A DNA stretch of 62,759 bases, the filler included. It is 10 parts of 10 records of this genome, joined end to end, with 100 filler letters (N's around TTAATTAATTAA, not from the genome) between each part and the next. Parts side by side here need not be neighbours in the genome. Positions count along the whole stretch, not along the records: positions 19,336 to 24,242 come from SRR20825010_995; positions 24,343 to 32,494 come from SRR20825010_997; 8 more parts are not named here. One strand, 5' to 3'. Of this stretch, positions 20,222 through 30,003 are shown piece after piece. The translations under genes and the position numbers were made by a program. Below the pieces are notes generated by a model. It saw nothing but the letters and a program-made list of their open reading frames with translations, searched no databases and was not told the DNA's origin. Positions within the stretch are counted from its first letter, which is position 1; each line of letters starts with the position of its first letter.

Positions 20222-21366
20222 GCACCGATTACAACGCCATGTCGGACGGCGATTTCCGCGCCATGATCCGCGAGTTCGTCGAAGCCGAATATCCTGGCAT
20301 CCCCCGCTTTCCGTTGGAACGCCTGCACTGGGACGCGGTTAAGCCGTGGTACATGGCCCTGTCACGGCGCGGCTTCCTGTGCCCGACATGGCCCGTCGAA
20401 CATGGCGGCATGGGCCTCGCCGCAGGCAAGCACCTGATCATGGTCGAGGAACTCGAGCGCTACGGCGCGGCCCGCGTCCACGATATCGGCCCGGTGATGC
20501 TGGGGCCGCTGCTGCTGAAATACGGAACCGAGGCGCAGAAGGCGCATTACCTGCCGCGCATACTTTCGGGCCAGGACATCTGGGCACAGGGCTATTCCGA
20601 ACCCGGCGCGGGATCGGATCTTGCCGCCGTGCGTTGCGAGGCGGTGCGCGACGGCGAGGAATGGGTCATCAACGGACAGAAGACCTGGACCACGCTCGGC
20701 ATGGATGCCAACTGGATTTTCATCCTCGCCCGCACGGACAAGACCGTGAAGAAACAGGCCGGGATCAGCTTTCTTCTGGTGCCGATGGACGCACCCGGCG
20801 TCACCACCCGCAATATCGAGAACCTCGCCGGAGAGGCCGAATTCTGCGAAGTGTTCTTCGACGATGTCCGCGTGCCGCTGGACCACATTGTCGGCGGCGT
20901 CAACGAAGGGTGGACCGCCGCCAAGGCCCTTCTGGGGCATGAGCGCGTCTTCATCGGCGCGCCACGCCTGTCGGCAAGCGCGCTGGCGCGGCTCGCGCAT
21001 CTGGCGCGGCGCAACGGTATCTGGGACGATCCGGTATTCCGCGACCGCTACGTCGCGCTCGAATGCGACATGCGCGATCTGGGCGACCTGTTCCAGACCT
21101 ATCTGGAGCGCCTGAAAGAGGGACAGGAGATCGGCGCGGACGTCGCCATGCTGAAGATCTTTCAGTCCGAACTGTATCAGCGCATCTCCGAGCTGATCAT
21201 GGAGGTCGCAGGCCCCGAGGCCGGGCTTTCGCACCCGCCGGAAGACGACCGGCGGCTGCATGCCGCGGCAACCTATCTGTCTGCGCGACCGATCACGATC
21301 TTCGGAGGTTCGACCGAAATCATGCGCAATGTGCTGTCGAAAGCCGTGCTGGGTCTGCCGAGTTGA
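20218..21366 (+). CDS. Acyl-CoA dehydrogenase family protein
   Basis: ATGA overlap with upstream gene; WAQGYSEPGAGSDLA, INGQKTWTT, EVFFDDVRVP, IFGGSTEIMRN. Confidence 0.93.
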   Translation: MSTDYNAMSDGDFRAMIREFVEAEYPGIPRFPLERLHWDAVKPWYMALSRRGFLCPTWPVEHGGMGLAAGKHLIMVEELERYGAARVHDIGPVMLGPLLLKYGTEAQKAHYLPRILSGQDIWAQGYSEPGAGSDLAAVRCEAVRDGEEWVINGQKTWTTLGMDANWIFILARTDKTVKKQAGISFLLVPMDAPGVTTRNIENLAGEAEFCEVFFDDVRVPLDHIVGGVNEGWTAAKALLGHERVFIGAPRLSASALARLAHLARRNGIWDDPVFRDRYVALECDMRDLGDLFQTYLERLKEGQEIGADVAMLKIFQSELYQRISELIMEVAGPEAGLSHPPEDDRRLHAAATYLSARPITIFGGSTEIMRNVLSKAVLGLPS

Positions 21367-21491
21367 CGCCGGTATGGTATCATTAAATCATAGAATTGAC
21401 TTTTAAGATCATTCAAGCCATGGTGGCGATTATCGGGGCGTGGAGGCCGCGGTTATTTTTCCGGAAAGCGGATACCAAGGGAGGATTTCTT

Positions 21492-22625
21492 TTGTTTCAT
21501 TCTAACCTCATGAAGGGCACGGTCGTGGCCGTTGCCATGCTGACCGCCCCGGCGGCCTTTGCCCAGGACGATGTAACGCTGCCCAAGACGATGATCTGGA
21601 CGTCCTACGACCTGGGCTCGACCGGCTATGTCGAAGCCTCGGCCATGGCCGACGCGCTGGACAAGAAATTCGGTACCGTCGTGCGCCTGACGCCGTCGGG
21701 GACCGCCATCGGGCGGTTACTGCCACTGGTGCGCGGACGCGCCAATTTCGGTTTCATGGGCAATGAAATATTGTTCGCCTCGGACGGCACCTATGAATTC
21801 GCCGCCGCCGACTGGGGTCCGCAGGACCTGCGCGTACTGATGGGCCGCCCCGCCGCCGTCGGCCTTGTCGCCGGCAACGACACCGATGTCGAAACCATGG
21901 CCGACCTGAAGGGCGCCAATGTCGGCTTCGTCGAGGCCAGCCCCTCGACCACGATGAACACCGAAGCCGCACTGGCCTTCGCGGGCCTGACGCCGGACGA
22001 TGTGAACAAGGTGATGTATCCCGGTTACGGCGCCATGATGTCGGCCTTCGTCGCCGGCGAGGTTGACGTTGTTCCCGTCACCACCACCGTTGCCGCACTG
22101 CGCGAAGCCGAAGCCGGTCGCGGGTTCCACTGGCTGGACATGTCCGCAGACGATACCGGGGGTTGGGAGCGCGTAACCAAACGGGCGAGCCTGTTCCAGC
22201 CGATCACCATGACCTCGGGGGCAGGCATTTCCGAAGAAAACCCGGCCGAGCTTCTGGGCTACAGCTATCCGCAATTGACCACTCTGGCGAGCACGAACGA
22301 GGATGAGGTCTACAACCTGCTGAAGGCGCTGGATCAGGTTTTCCCGGACTATCAGAACACCAATGCCGTGATGCCCAACTGGAATCTCGAGAAATCGGGT
22401 CGCACCCCGGCGGGTGCGCCCTTCCACCCCGGCGCGGTCAAATACCTGCGCGAGCGTGGTCTCTGGACGGATGCCGACGAAGCCTGGAACGAGCAGCGTA
22501 TCGCCGAGATCGAAAAGACCAAGGAGATGTGGGCGGCAGCGACCGCAGCCGCCAAGGATCAGGGCGTCGCGCCCGCCGATTGGGTCGCATTCTGGGAACA
22601 GTATCGCACCCAGAACGCCCAGTAG
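21492..22625 (+). CDS. TAXI-family TRAP solute-binding protein
   Basis: GGAGG RBS before TTG 21492; signal peptide AFA|QD; WTSYDLGSTGY, PFHPGAVKYLRERG. Confidence 0.9.
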   Translation: MFHSNLMKGTVVAVAMLTAPAAFAQDDVTLPKTMIWTSYDLGSTGYVEASAMADALDKKFGTVVRLTPSGTAIGRLLPLVRGRANFGFMGNEILFASDGTYEFAAADWGPQDLRVLMGRPAAVGLVAGNDTDVETMADLKGANVGFVEASPSTTMNTEAALAFAGLTPDDVNKVMYPGYGAMMSAFVAGEVDVVPVTTTVAALREAEAGRGFHWLDMSADDTGGWERVTKRASLFQPITMTSGAGISEENPAELLGYSYPQLTTLASTNEDEVYNLLKALDQVFPDYQNTNAVMPNWNLEKSGRTPAGAPFHPGAVKYLRERGLWTDADEAWNEQRIAEIEKTKEMWAAATAAAKDQGVAPADWVAFWEQYRTQNAQ

Positions 22626-22695
22626 TCCTTTACGGGCGCGGCCTTTTGCGCCGCGCCCCCCATCTCACATCGCCCCTGCCGACAGGACAAGACCC

Positions 22696-24242
22696 ATGTC
22701 TTCTCAGATCATTCCGAACGCTCCCGGCGCGGCCCGGTTCTGGCAGCAGGAGGCCCAGCGCATCTCGGGCGCTGCGTGGTTCGCCGTGATGGCGCTGTCC
22801 AGCGTGGGCATCGTCATCATCGTCAACCAGATCTTCAACCTGCAGATCCTGGGCTGGCGTCCGATCAGCACGGCCTATTACTATATCGTGCTGGGCCTGT
22901 TCATGCCGGTGGCGTTTCTCGGCACGCCGGCGCGGCTGGCCGATGCAACCCGCGTACGCTGGTACGACTGGGTTCTGGCGGTCGCCGCCTTCGGCATCTG
23001 CATCTTCTTCTCGACCCGGACCGACGCCATCCTCTATCAGGGCTGGGAATTCGAGGCCCCGACCTATGTGATCGTGATGGCGACGTGCCTTGTGCTTCTG
23101 GCGCTGGAAGCGGTGCGCCGCTGCGCGGGCCTGCCGCTGTTCATCATCTGCGCGATCTTCGCGACATTTCCCCTCTATACCGGATACATGCCGGGCTTTC
23201 TGTGGGGCGCGCAGATGAACTTCAGCGAAACGGTGCTCAGCCATTCGCTGGGCGTCGAAAGCATTATCGGCATTCCCCTGCGGGTGATCGCCGACCTGTT
23301 GATCGGCTTCATCCTGTTCGGCGTCGCACTCACCGTTTCGGGCGGCGGCGGCTTTTTCATGGATCTCGCGAGCGCGCTCATGGGCCACGCGCGGGGCGGG
23401 CCGGCCAAGGTCGCGATCCTGTCCTCGGGCTTTTTCGGCTCACTGTCGGGCAGCGTCATCTCCAACGTGATCTCGACCGGGTCGATGACCATCCCGACCA
23501 TGAAGAAATGCGGCTATCCGGCGACCTATGCGGGCGCGGTGGAATCCTGCGCCTCGACGGGCGGAGCGCTGATGCCGCCGGTGATGGGCTCGGTCGCCTT
23601 CGTCATGGCCTCCTTCATGAATGTGCCCTATGCCGATATCATGGTCGCGGCAACCGTGCCCGCCCTGCTGTTCTATCTGGTGCTGCTGATCCAGACGGAT
23701 TGCTATGCCGCCCGCAACGGGCTGAAGGGGCTTCCGCGCGACCAGTTGCCGAAGCTGTGGCTGGTGCTGCGCTCGGGCTGGATCTACCTCGTCTCGCTCG
23801 TTGCCCTGGTCTGGCTGCTGCTCGCCACCAATGCCGAGGCGAAGGCCCCCTTCTACATCACCGTGCTCCTGGTCCTGACCGCGCTGTGGCGCGCCCGCAA
23901 GGACGGCATCGGCAAGCCGATCGTCACCATGATCCTCGATGTCGGGACGACCATCGGGATGCTGGTCGGCGTGCTGGCGGGCGTCGGCATGGTCGTGGGA
24001 TCGCTGGCGATCACCGGCGTCGGCAATGCCTTCAGCCGCGAACTGCTGCAATATGCCGGCGGCAACCCCTATCTGCTGCTGATCTTCGGTGCGATCACCA
24101 GCTTCATTCTTGGTATGGGGATGACGGTCTCGGCGTGCTATATCTTCCTGGCCGTCGTTCTGGCGCCGGCGTTGACGGAAGCGGGCTTCAGCCAGATGGC
24201 CGCGCATCTCTTCATCCTCTATTGGGCGATGCTGTCCTACAT
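22696..24242 (+). CDS. TRAP fused permease (4TM/12TM); 3' truncated
   Basis: RGGPAKVAILSSG, NVISTG, ASTGGALMPPVMG, LGMGM. Confidence 0.92.
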
Positions 24243-24342
24243 NNNNNNNNNNNNNNNNNNNNNNNNNNNNNNNNNNNNNNNNNNNNTTAATTAATTAANN
24301 NNNNNNNNNNNNNNNNNNNNNNNNNNNNNNNNNNNNNNNNNN
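24243..24342. other. Synthetic contig spacer
   Basis: N44-TTAATTAATTAA-N44. Confidence 0.98.
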
Positions 24343-25100
24343 TGCTGATAGTGGAATATTATTCGTTGTGGAACTTGCGGGGCATCCACCGGAACAGGTT
24401 CCACCGTTATGAATTCGGGATTGGCAAGCTTGAACAATTCATCGTGATGATCGTCGGGGTGATGATCACCCTTGTCGGGCTGTGGTTCCTGAACACTACG
24501 GTTACGCGGCTGTTCAACACTGACGTGGCGCCGTCTCCCTTGGGGCTCGCGGCGGCGGCGATCGTCAATGGCATCAACTTCATGATCAATCTCTTCGCAC
24601 TCTATGCCATGCTCCAAAATGAGGAAAAAAATGAGTCGGATATCTATCGCGCACAGGTAAAATCCCGCTCCATCAAGCTCATCAATTCGCTGGTGCTCCA
24701 GATTACCCTGACCATTGCGGCCCTTGCGACCGACCCGTTGATTGCGCTGGTCATGGATACAGCCGGCGCCGGATTTGTCAGTTGCTTCATGACCTTTAAC
24801 GGCGTGCGGATGACGGCGCGCAGCGTTCCGCAGTTGCTCGATACGCCGCTGCCAAGCCAGAAGCTTGAAAAAATCATTGAAACCGCGAAAGGCGCCTGCG
24901 ACCTTGCCGTCGATATCAAAGCCGTCCGCAGCCGCCAGTCGGGCCGTAACGATCATGTGGAAATTGCCGTCGCCATGGCGAGCCATCTCTCCGCCGATCA
25001 GTTCCGGGCACAGCTTATCCGGATATCCGATGCGGTGAAGGGAGGCAATGGCGAGATCGATCTCTCCATCGTGGTGACAGAGGAAAGCCCGACGACCTGA
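24343..25100 (+). CDS. Cation diffusion facilitator (CDF)-like transporter, atypical; 5' truncated
   Basis: YEFGIGKLE (cf. PYGxGK/RxE), TM helices, LLD, then ZT-dimer-like VRSRQSGRNDHVEI. Confidence 0.75.
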
Positions 25101-25109
25101 TCCCGTTTC

Positions 25110-26399
25110 TCAGGCCGCCGCCTTTGAAAAGACCGAAGCGGGCAGACCGTCTTTTGCGAGGAGCGGGCGGCGCATGGCGAAAAGGCGGGTTGCTTCCTCC
25201 GTCTTGCCGAGCTTAAGAAGCGCATGGAGAAGCGTGAATTCGATCAGATCGCGCTGCGCATTGCTGCCACCCAGCCGTTCATGACGGCTCATCAGCGGGA
25301 GAAGGCCGTCAATCGCGGCCTGCCAGTCGGCGGCGGCGGCGGCGCTGAAAACACGGGCAAGGGCGCGCACCTGATCCGCCGCATAGCCGGATGTTGTCTC
25401 ACGCAGTTTCTGGAGCGCCATATCATGGCCCGCCATGGCATGGGCGAGCGCCGCATGGGCATCGGCAAAGCTCACGCCGGGCTCGGGGAAGTGAATGCAG
25501 GCATAGTCGCTTATTTCGCGCCACAGCGCCTCCTTCCGGGGGAGGCCTGCCAGTTCCGCGCGGAACAGGAAGGACACCATATCGGTCAGGACATTGATCG
25601 GCGGACCCCAGGCGGCGCCGGGCCGGACGGCCTCTTCAATCACGGACCAGGCGGCGTCTATCTCCCCCAGCTCCAACGCCCAGAGCGCATCATGCCAACT
25701 GATATGGCAATGCATCAGGCCCGCCCGGTCATAACCCGTTAGCCAGTCATGCACAAAGTCCCGGCCCGCCGCATGCTCCCCCGCCTCGTAGAGGTAATGC
25801 GCCTTGTAATGCGCGGCATTGGCATTGGATGGATTGGCGCGACAGGACCGCTCCATAATCGGTTCGGCCTCGCTCAGGCGACCGAGTTCGGTCAGGGCAA
25901 AGCCATAGACGCAATCGAACCACCAGTCCTGATCGAACGCGCCCTTGAGGTGATCGAAAAAGGCGAATGTCTCCGCTTCGCGTGACGCCCGACCGCTGAA
26001 GGCGATCAGGCTGAATACGCCGGCGCAGGGTTGCAGGGTGAGCATATCGCGCGGGTAATCCTGAATATGCGTTTTGATGTCCCGATAGGCACGCGCGCCG
26101 TTGCCATCGATCAGATGCCCGATAATGGCGACATGGGATTGCTCGCGCGCCGTATATCCCGCGCCAAGCTCCCGCGCGGAGATCATCGATTTCACCGCCT
26201 CCATCGGTTCCGCATACATCTGGTGATGGCGGGCGAGGGCGGCATGGGCAAGCGCAAAAGACGGATCATGGGCAACCGCGCGCTCAAACGCGGCGCCGGC
26301 ACCGGCCTCAGCCGCCAGAAAAAGATCCACCCCCTCAACATAGGCATCAAGTGCCGCGCGTGACCCGGTACTCACCTCGTTGCCATAATGATCCTGCAT
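25110..26399 (-). CDS. TPR protein, TTC38/StaR-like family
   Basis: DPSFALAHA, NAAHYKAHYLYE, HISWHDAL, LGGSNAQRDL; start at ATG 26399. Confidence 0.85.
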   Translation of the reverse strand: MQDHYGNEVSTGSRAALDAYVEGVDLFLAAEAGAGAAFERAVAHDPSFALAHAALARHHQMYAEPMEAVKSMISARELGAGYTAREQSHVAIIGHLIDGNGARAYRDIKTHIQDYPRDMLTLQPCAGVFSLIAFSGRASREAETFAFFDHLKGAFDQDWWFDCVYGFALTELGRLSEAEPIMERSCRANPSNANAAHYKAHYLYEAGEHAAGRDFVHDWLTGYDRAGLMHCHISWHDALWALELGEIDAAWSVIEEAVRPGAAWGPPINVLTDMVSFLFRAELAGLPRKEALWREISDYACIHFPEPGVSFADAHAALAHAMAGHDMALQKLRETTSGYAADQVRALARVFSAAAAADWQAAIDGLLPLMSRHERLGGSNAQRDLIEFTLLHALLKLGKTEEATRLFAMRRPLLAKDGLPASVFSKAAA

Positions 26400-26501
26400 A
26401 TTCCTGCTTTCCTTCGTCGTTATCTCAACAAAAAGGGTAGCAATATATAGCAGTTGTGTCACGAATGCTCTGATATTGGGGCAAAATGTGGGTTTTTACG
26501 A

Positions 26502-26918
26502 TCAGGGGCGCTTGATCAGGCCCTTATCCTCCAGATAGGATTTGAACTTCAAATCACCGGTCACCACGTCGTCAACCAGAAAGCTGAACATCTCATAGCA
26601 GCATTCCTTCAGATTATCCTTTGATTTGATATCCTGACAGACCGACATGACGGATTTCGCCCGCGCCAGCAGTTCCTCGTGATAGTGCTTGTGAAGGTCA
26701 ACATTCGGATATCCCACATCCTCCAGCATTTGCTCTTCTCGCTTGAAATGGGCGATCGTGAAGGCAAGCAACTCCTCAAGGAGTTCATTGCAGAGATCGT
26801 AGGATTCATTATCTGCGGCACCTTCAATCTTTTTCATGATCGCCAGCATACCGCGATGATCTTCATCAACCTCCTCTATTCCCAATTCAAAGCTTTCGAG
26901 CCAATCAAACTTATCCAC
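26502..26918 (-). CDS. Single-domain bacteriohemerythrin-like protein
   Basis: W-x4-ELGIEEVDEDH, HFKREE, YP-x4-HKHYH; last motif reads DVVTGD. Confidence 0.88.
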   Translation of the reverse strand: MDKFDWLESFELGIEEVDEDHRGMLAIMKKIEGAADNESYDLCNELLEELLAFTIAHFKREEQMLEDVGYPNVDLHKHYHEELLARAKSVMSVCQDIKSKDNLKECCYEMFSFLVDDVVTGDLKFKSYLEDKGLIKRP

Positions 26919-27017
26919 CCTGTTACCCCCTTATCCTGGCCCCCGAAAATCATTCTTGTTGTTGGTCGTCAATTTTCAATAGCCGTCATAAACTTAGGGG
27001 AAATTAAGGGCTCTAAT

Positions 27018-27031
27018 TTGATTCAAATCAA
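27018..27031. promoter_or_regulatory. FNR/FixK/FnrL box upstream of hemerythrin
   Basis: TTGATTCAAATCAA = perfect TTGAT-N4-ATCAA, 100 nt upstream of the GTG start. Confidence 0.8.
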
Positions 27032-27127
27032 TGATTTTATTGATTTATTTTGGGTTTTAGGCCGACCTTTAATATTATTAATTACTGCTTATTATTGTCA
27101 AATAAAAGCAAATTTTCGAGATGCACT

Positions 27128-27559
27128 CTAGTTCCGAAACAGGGGAAGATCGGCCTCAGTCCAGCTAATGATACCGCCCTTGAGATGGATCGCACGGCTA
27201 AGATTATTTTCCCGTAAAGCGGATAGGGTCTTGGCGCTTCTTCCACCTGAACGGCAATGCAGGACATAGTTTGCGTGGTATCAAGCGCGGCAATCTGCGC
27301 GTTAAAACCGGGCACGTAATAGTCGATATTGATGGCGTTCTTGATATGGCCCTCGTTAAAGTCGGCGGGCGTGCGGATATCCAGAATGATTACTTCGGGT
27401 GAAGCTTCGATTATTTGAGAGACCTTCGGCGCACCAATATGGTGATAACCATACTGATCGTGTACTTCTGCCGCCTCTGACGGAGTAATTTCAAGAAATA
27501 TGGGGGAGTGCCCCCCCAAAGAGAGCCACAAGACCTGTCCGGAGAAGAATCAGGGCCAT
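27128..27559 (-). pseudogene. Rhodanese-domain protein with signal peptide, two frameshifts
   Basis: Three segments in two frames: MALILLRTGLVALFGGALP / IFLEITPSEAAE...IILDIRTPADFNEGHIKNAINID...LDTTQ / YVLHCRSGGRSAKT...HLKGGIISW...stop at 27128. Confidence 0.8.
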
Positions 27560-27569
27560 AGCCAAACAA

Positions 27570-27908
27570 TCAGACGTGGAAGGACGATCCGCAGCCGCAA
27601 CGGCCCTTTTCGTTGGGGTTCTCAAAGGTGAAGCGAGACTGCAGGCCTTCTTCGAGCCAGTCCATTTCGGTGCCCGCAACAAACTGCACGGCGTCATGGT
27701 CAATCAGCAGGGTAATATCGCCCGTATCCACGACGGCGTCATCCGCTTTCTGGTCGGAGGCGTAGTCCATGGTGTAGCTGAGGCCGTTGCAGCCGGTATT
27801 GGTAATCCCGATGCGAAGGCCAAGGGGCTTTTCAGATGCCTTGCCGAGCAGCGACTTAACCCGCGCGGCGGCACGATCTGTCATTGTCATAATTTGCGTA
27901 TCAGTCAT
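27570..27908 (-). CDS. sufA: A-type Fe-S carrier (SufA/IscA, HesB family)
   Basis: TGCNGLSY, FENPN, RCGCGSSF. Confidence 0.92.
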   Translation of the reverse strand: MTDTQIMTMTDRAAARVKSLLGKASEKPLGLRIGITNTGCNGLSYTMDYASDQKADDAVVDTGDITLLIDHDAVQFVAGTEMDWLEEGLQSRFTFENPNEKGRCGCGSSFHV

Positions 27909-27940
27909 ATATCACCTGTACTATTAATATAGTAACGCCC

Positions 27941-28309
27941 TTAAAACATTCCAAGGTCAAGCTTCGCCGCATCCGACATATTATCAGGATTCCACGGTGG
28001 ATCCCACAGGATTTCAACCTCGACATTCTTCACGCCCTCAACGGGGAGGACTGCATCGCGGACCCAGATCGGGATTTCCCCGGCGACAGGACAGCCCGGC
28101 GCAGTCAGGGTCATGCCGACATAAACATCGCCATCCTCCGCGATATCAACCACATAGATCAGGCCGAGATCGAAGATATTGACCGGAATTTCTGGGTCAT
28201 ACACCTCCCGCAGGGCCGCAACGACGGGTTCTTCAAGTGGTGAACCGCTGGTGCCTTCCTCAAACGGGCCGGTGGCGACAGGGCGTTCAATTTTATCAAT
28301 CGCAGTCAT
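27941..28309 (-). CDS. DUF59 / SufT-like SUF-associated Fe-S assembly protein
   Basis: VYDPEIPVNIFDLGLIY, MTLTAPGCPVA, WDPPW. Confidence 0.92.
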   Translation of the reverse strand: MTAIDKIERPVATGPFEEGTSGSPLEEPVVAALREVYDPEIPVNIFDLGLIYVVDIAEDGDVYVGMTLTAPGCPVAGEIPIWVRDAVLPVEGVKNVEVEILWDPPWNPDNMSDAAKLDLGMF

Positions 28310-28312
28310 CGC

Positions 28313-28768
28313 TTACTCCGTCGAAACATCGGGCTTGTCATCCATGGCGGACGTCATGGCATGCCAGGCAAGCGTCGCGCATTTGACGCGCATGGGGAAT
28401 TCCTTCACCCCGGCCAGCATCATCAAGCGTTCCGTATCCTCGCCCGCGTCAAAGTCATTTTCCTCGCCCTTGACGAGCTTCTGGAAGCCCGCGAAAATCT
28501 CTTTTGCCTGCGTTTCCGTCTTGCCCTTGATAATATCCGTCATCATCGAGGCGGAGGCGAGGGAGATGGCGCAGCCCTTGCCCTCGAACGCGGCATCCTC
28601 GATCAGGCCGTTATGACCCATCTTCAGATAGACATTGACCGTATCGCCGCAGAGCGGATTATAGCCATGGGCCTCATGGTTCGCATCCGCAGGGTGGCGG
28701 AAGTTGCGCGGGTTCTTCGAATGATCGAGGATCACTTCCTGGTATAATTCTCGTAAGTCATCCATCAT
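28313..28768 (-). CDS. sufU: SUF system NifU-family protein SufU
   Basis: LYQEVILDH, NPLCGD, GCAIS, insertion before RVKCA; TGATG overlap with sufS. Confidence 0.92.
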   Translation of the reverse strand: MMDDLRELYQEVILDHSKNPRNFRHPADANHEAHGYNPLCGDTVNVYLKMGHNGLIEDAAFEGKGCAISLASASMMTDIIKGKTETQAKEIFAGFQKLVKGEENDFDAGEDTERLMMLAGVKEFPMRVKCATLAWHAMTSAMDDKPDVSTE

Positions 28769-30000
28769 CAGCCGAAAATCTCCTGTACCGATTTCACCGA
28801 GGCGACAAGGGCGTCGACATCGGCGCGGTTGTTGTAAAGCGCCATTGAGGCGCGGGCCGTCGCGGCCACGTCGAAATGATCCATCAGCGGCTGGGCGCAA
28901 TGATGGCCAACGCGAATTGCGACGCCGCCGCGATCGACGATGGTACCGATATCATGGGGATGCACGCCATCGAGGGTGAAGGAGATGATCGCCGCCTTGT
29001 GCTTTGCCTGACCAATGATCCGCAAGCTGTTGATGGACTGAAGCTGTTCGGTGGCATAGGCGAGCAGGGCCTGTTCATGGGCGCCGATCTTCTCGAAGCC
29101 GATGGCGTTCACATAATCGATCGCCGCGCCAAGCCCGATGGCCTGTACGATCGGCGGCGTGCCCGCCTCGAATTTGCTATGGCCCTTGGCATAGGTCGTT
29201 TTGGCGAAGGTCACACGTTCGATCATGTCGCCACCGCCGAGGAAGGGCGGCATGGCCTCCAACATCTCCGCCTTGCCATAGAGCACGCCGATGCCCGTGG
29301 GCCCAAAGACTTTATGACCGGTGAAAACGTAGAAATCCGCATCCAGCGCCTGCATATCAATCTTCATATGCGGCGCGGCCTGAGAGCCGTCGATCAGCAC
29401 CACCGCGCCCGCGTTATGGGCCGCATCGATGATCTCGCGGACCGGCGTGATCGTGCCGATGGCGTTGGAGATATGGGTCACCGCGACGATTTTCGTCTTC
29501 GGGCCGAGCAGATCATAATAGGAATCCAGCATAAACTCGCCATGCGCATCGATGGGCACGGCTTTCACCACCGCGCCGGTTTTCTCGGCGATCAGCTGCC
29601 AGGGCACAATGTTCGAATGATGCTCTAGCGTGGAGAGGATAATCTCGTCGCCCGGCTTCAAATTCGCCCAGCCATAGCTGTTGGCCACCAGATTGATGCT
29701 CTCGGTGGCGTTCTTGGTGAAAATGATTTCTTCGACGCTCGCCGCATTCATATGGGCGCGGACGGTTTCGCGCGCGTTCTCATAAAGCTCGGTCGAGACC
29801 TGGCTCAGGTAATGCACGCCGCGATGGACATTGGCATAGGTCTCCAGATAGGCGCGTCGCATGGTGTCGATCACCACCTGCGGCTTCTGCGCCGAGGCGC
29901 CGCTATCGAGGAAGGCGAGGGGCTTGCCATGTACCTCGCGGGAAAAGATCGGGAAGTCGGCGCGGATTTTCTCGACATCAAAGGTTGTCATGTCATTCAT
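28768..30000 (-). CDS. sufS: Cysteine desulfurase, group II
   Basis: LDSGASAQKP, ANVHRG, TGHKVFGPTG, RVGHHCAQP. Confidence 0.97.
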   Translation of the reverse strand: MNDMTTFDVEKIRADFPIFSREVHGKPLAFLDSGASAQKPQVVIDTMRRAYLETYANVHRGVHYLSQVSTELYENARETVRAHMNAASVEEIIFTKNATESINLVANSYGWANLKPGDEIILSTLEHHSNIVPWQLIAEKTGAVVKAVPIDAHGEFMLDSYYDLLGPKTKIVAVTHISNAIGTITPVREIIDAAHNAGAVVLIDGSQAAPHMKIDMQALDADFYVFTGHKVFGPTGIGVLYGKAEMLEAMPPFLGGGDMIERVTFAKTTYAKGHSKFEAGTPPIVQAIGLGAAIDYVNAIGFEKIGAHEQALLAYATEQLQSINSLRIIGQAKHKAAIISFTLDGVHPHDIGTIVDRGGVAIRVGHHCAQPLMDHFDVAATARASMALYNNRADVDALVASVKSVQEIFG

Positions 30001-30003
30001 GGC

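Noticed and set aside
24343..26918. Magnetosome island (CDF like MamB/M, TPR like MamA, hemerythrin)
   Set aside because: The CDF lacks the metal ligands, the TPR protein is TTC38-like and too long for MamA, and no other mam genes are present
27082..27531. 149-aa ORF as an intact gene
   Set aside because: Only its middle is rhodanese; the signal peptide and catalytic loop lie in another frame, so it is annotated as a frameshifted gene
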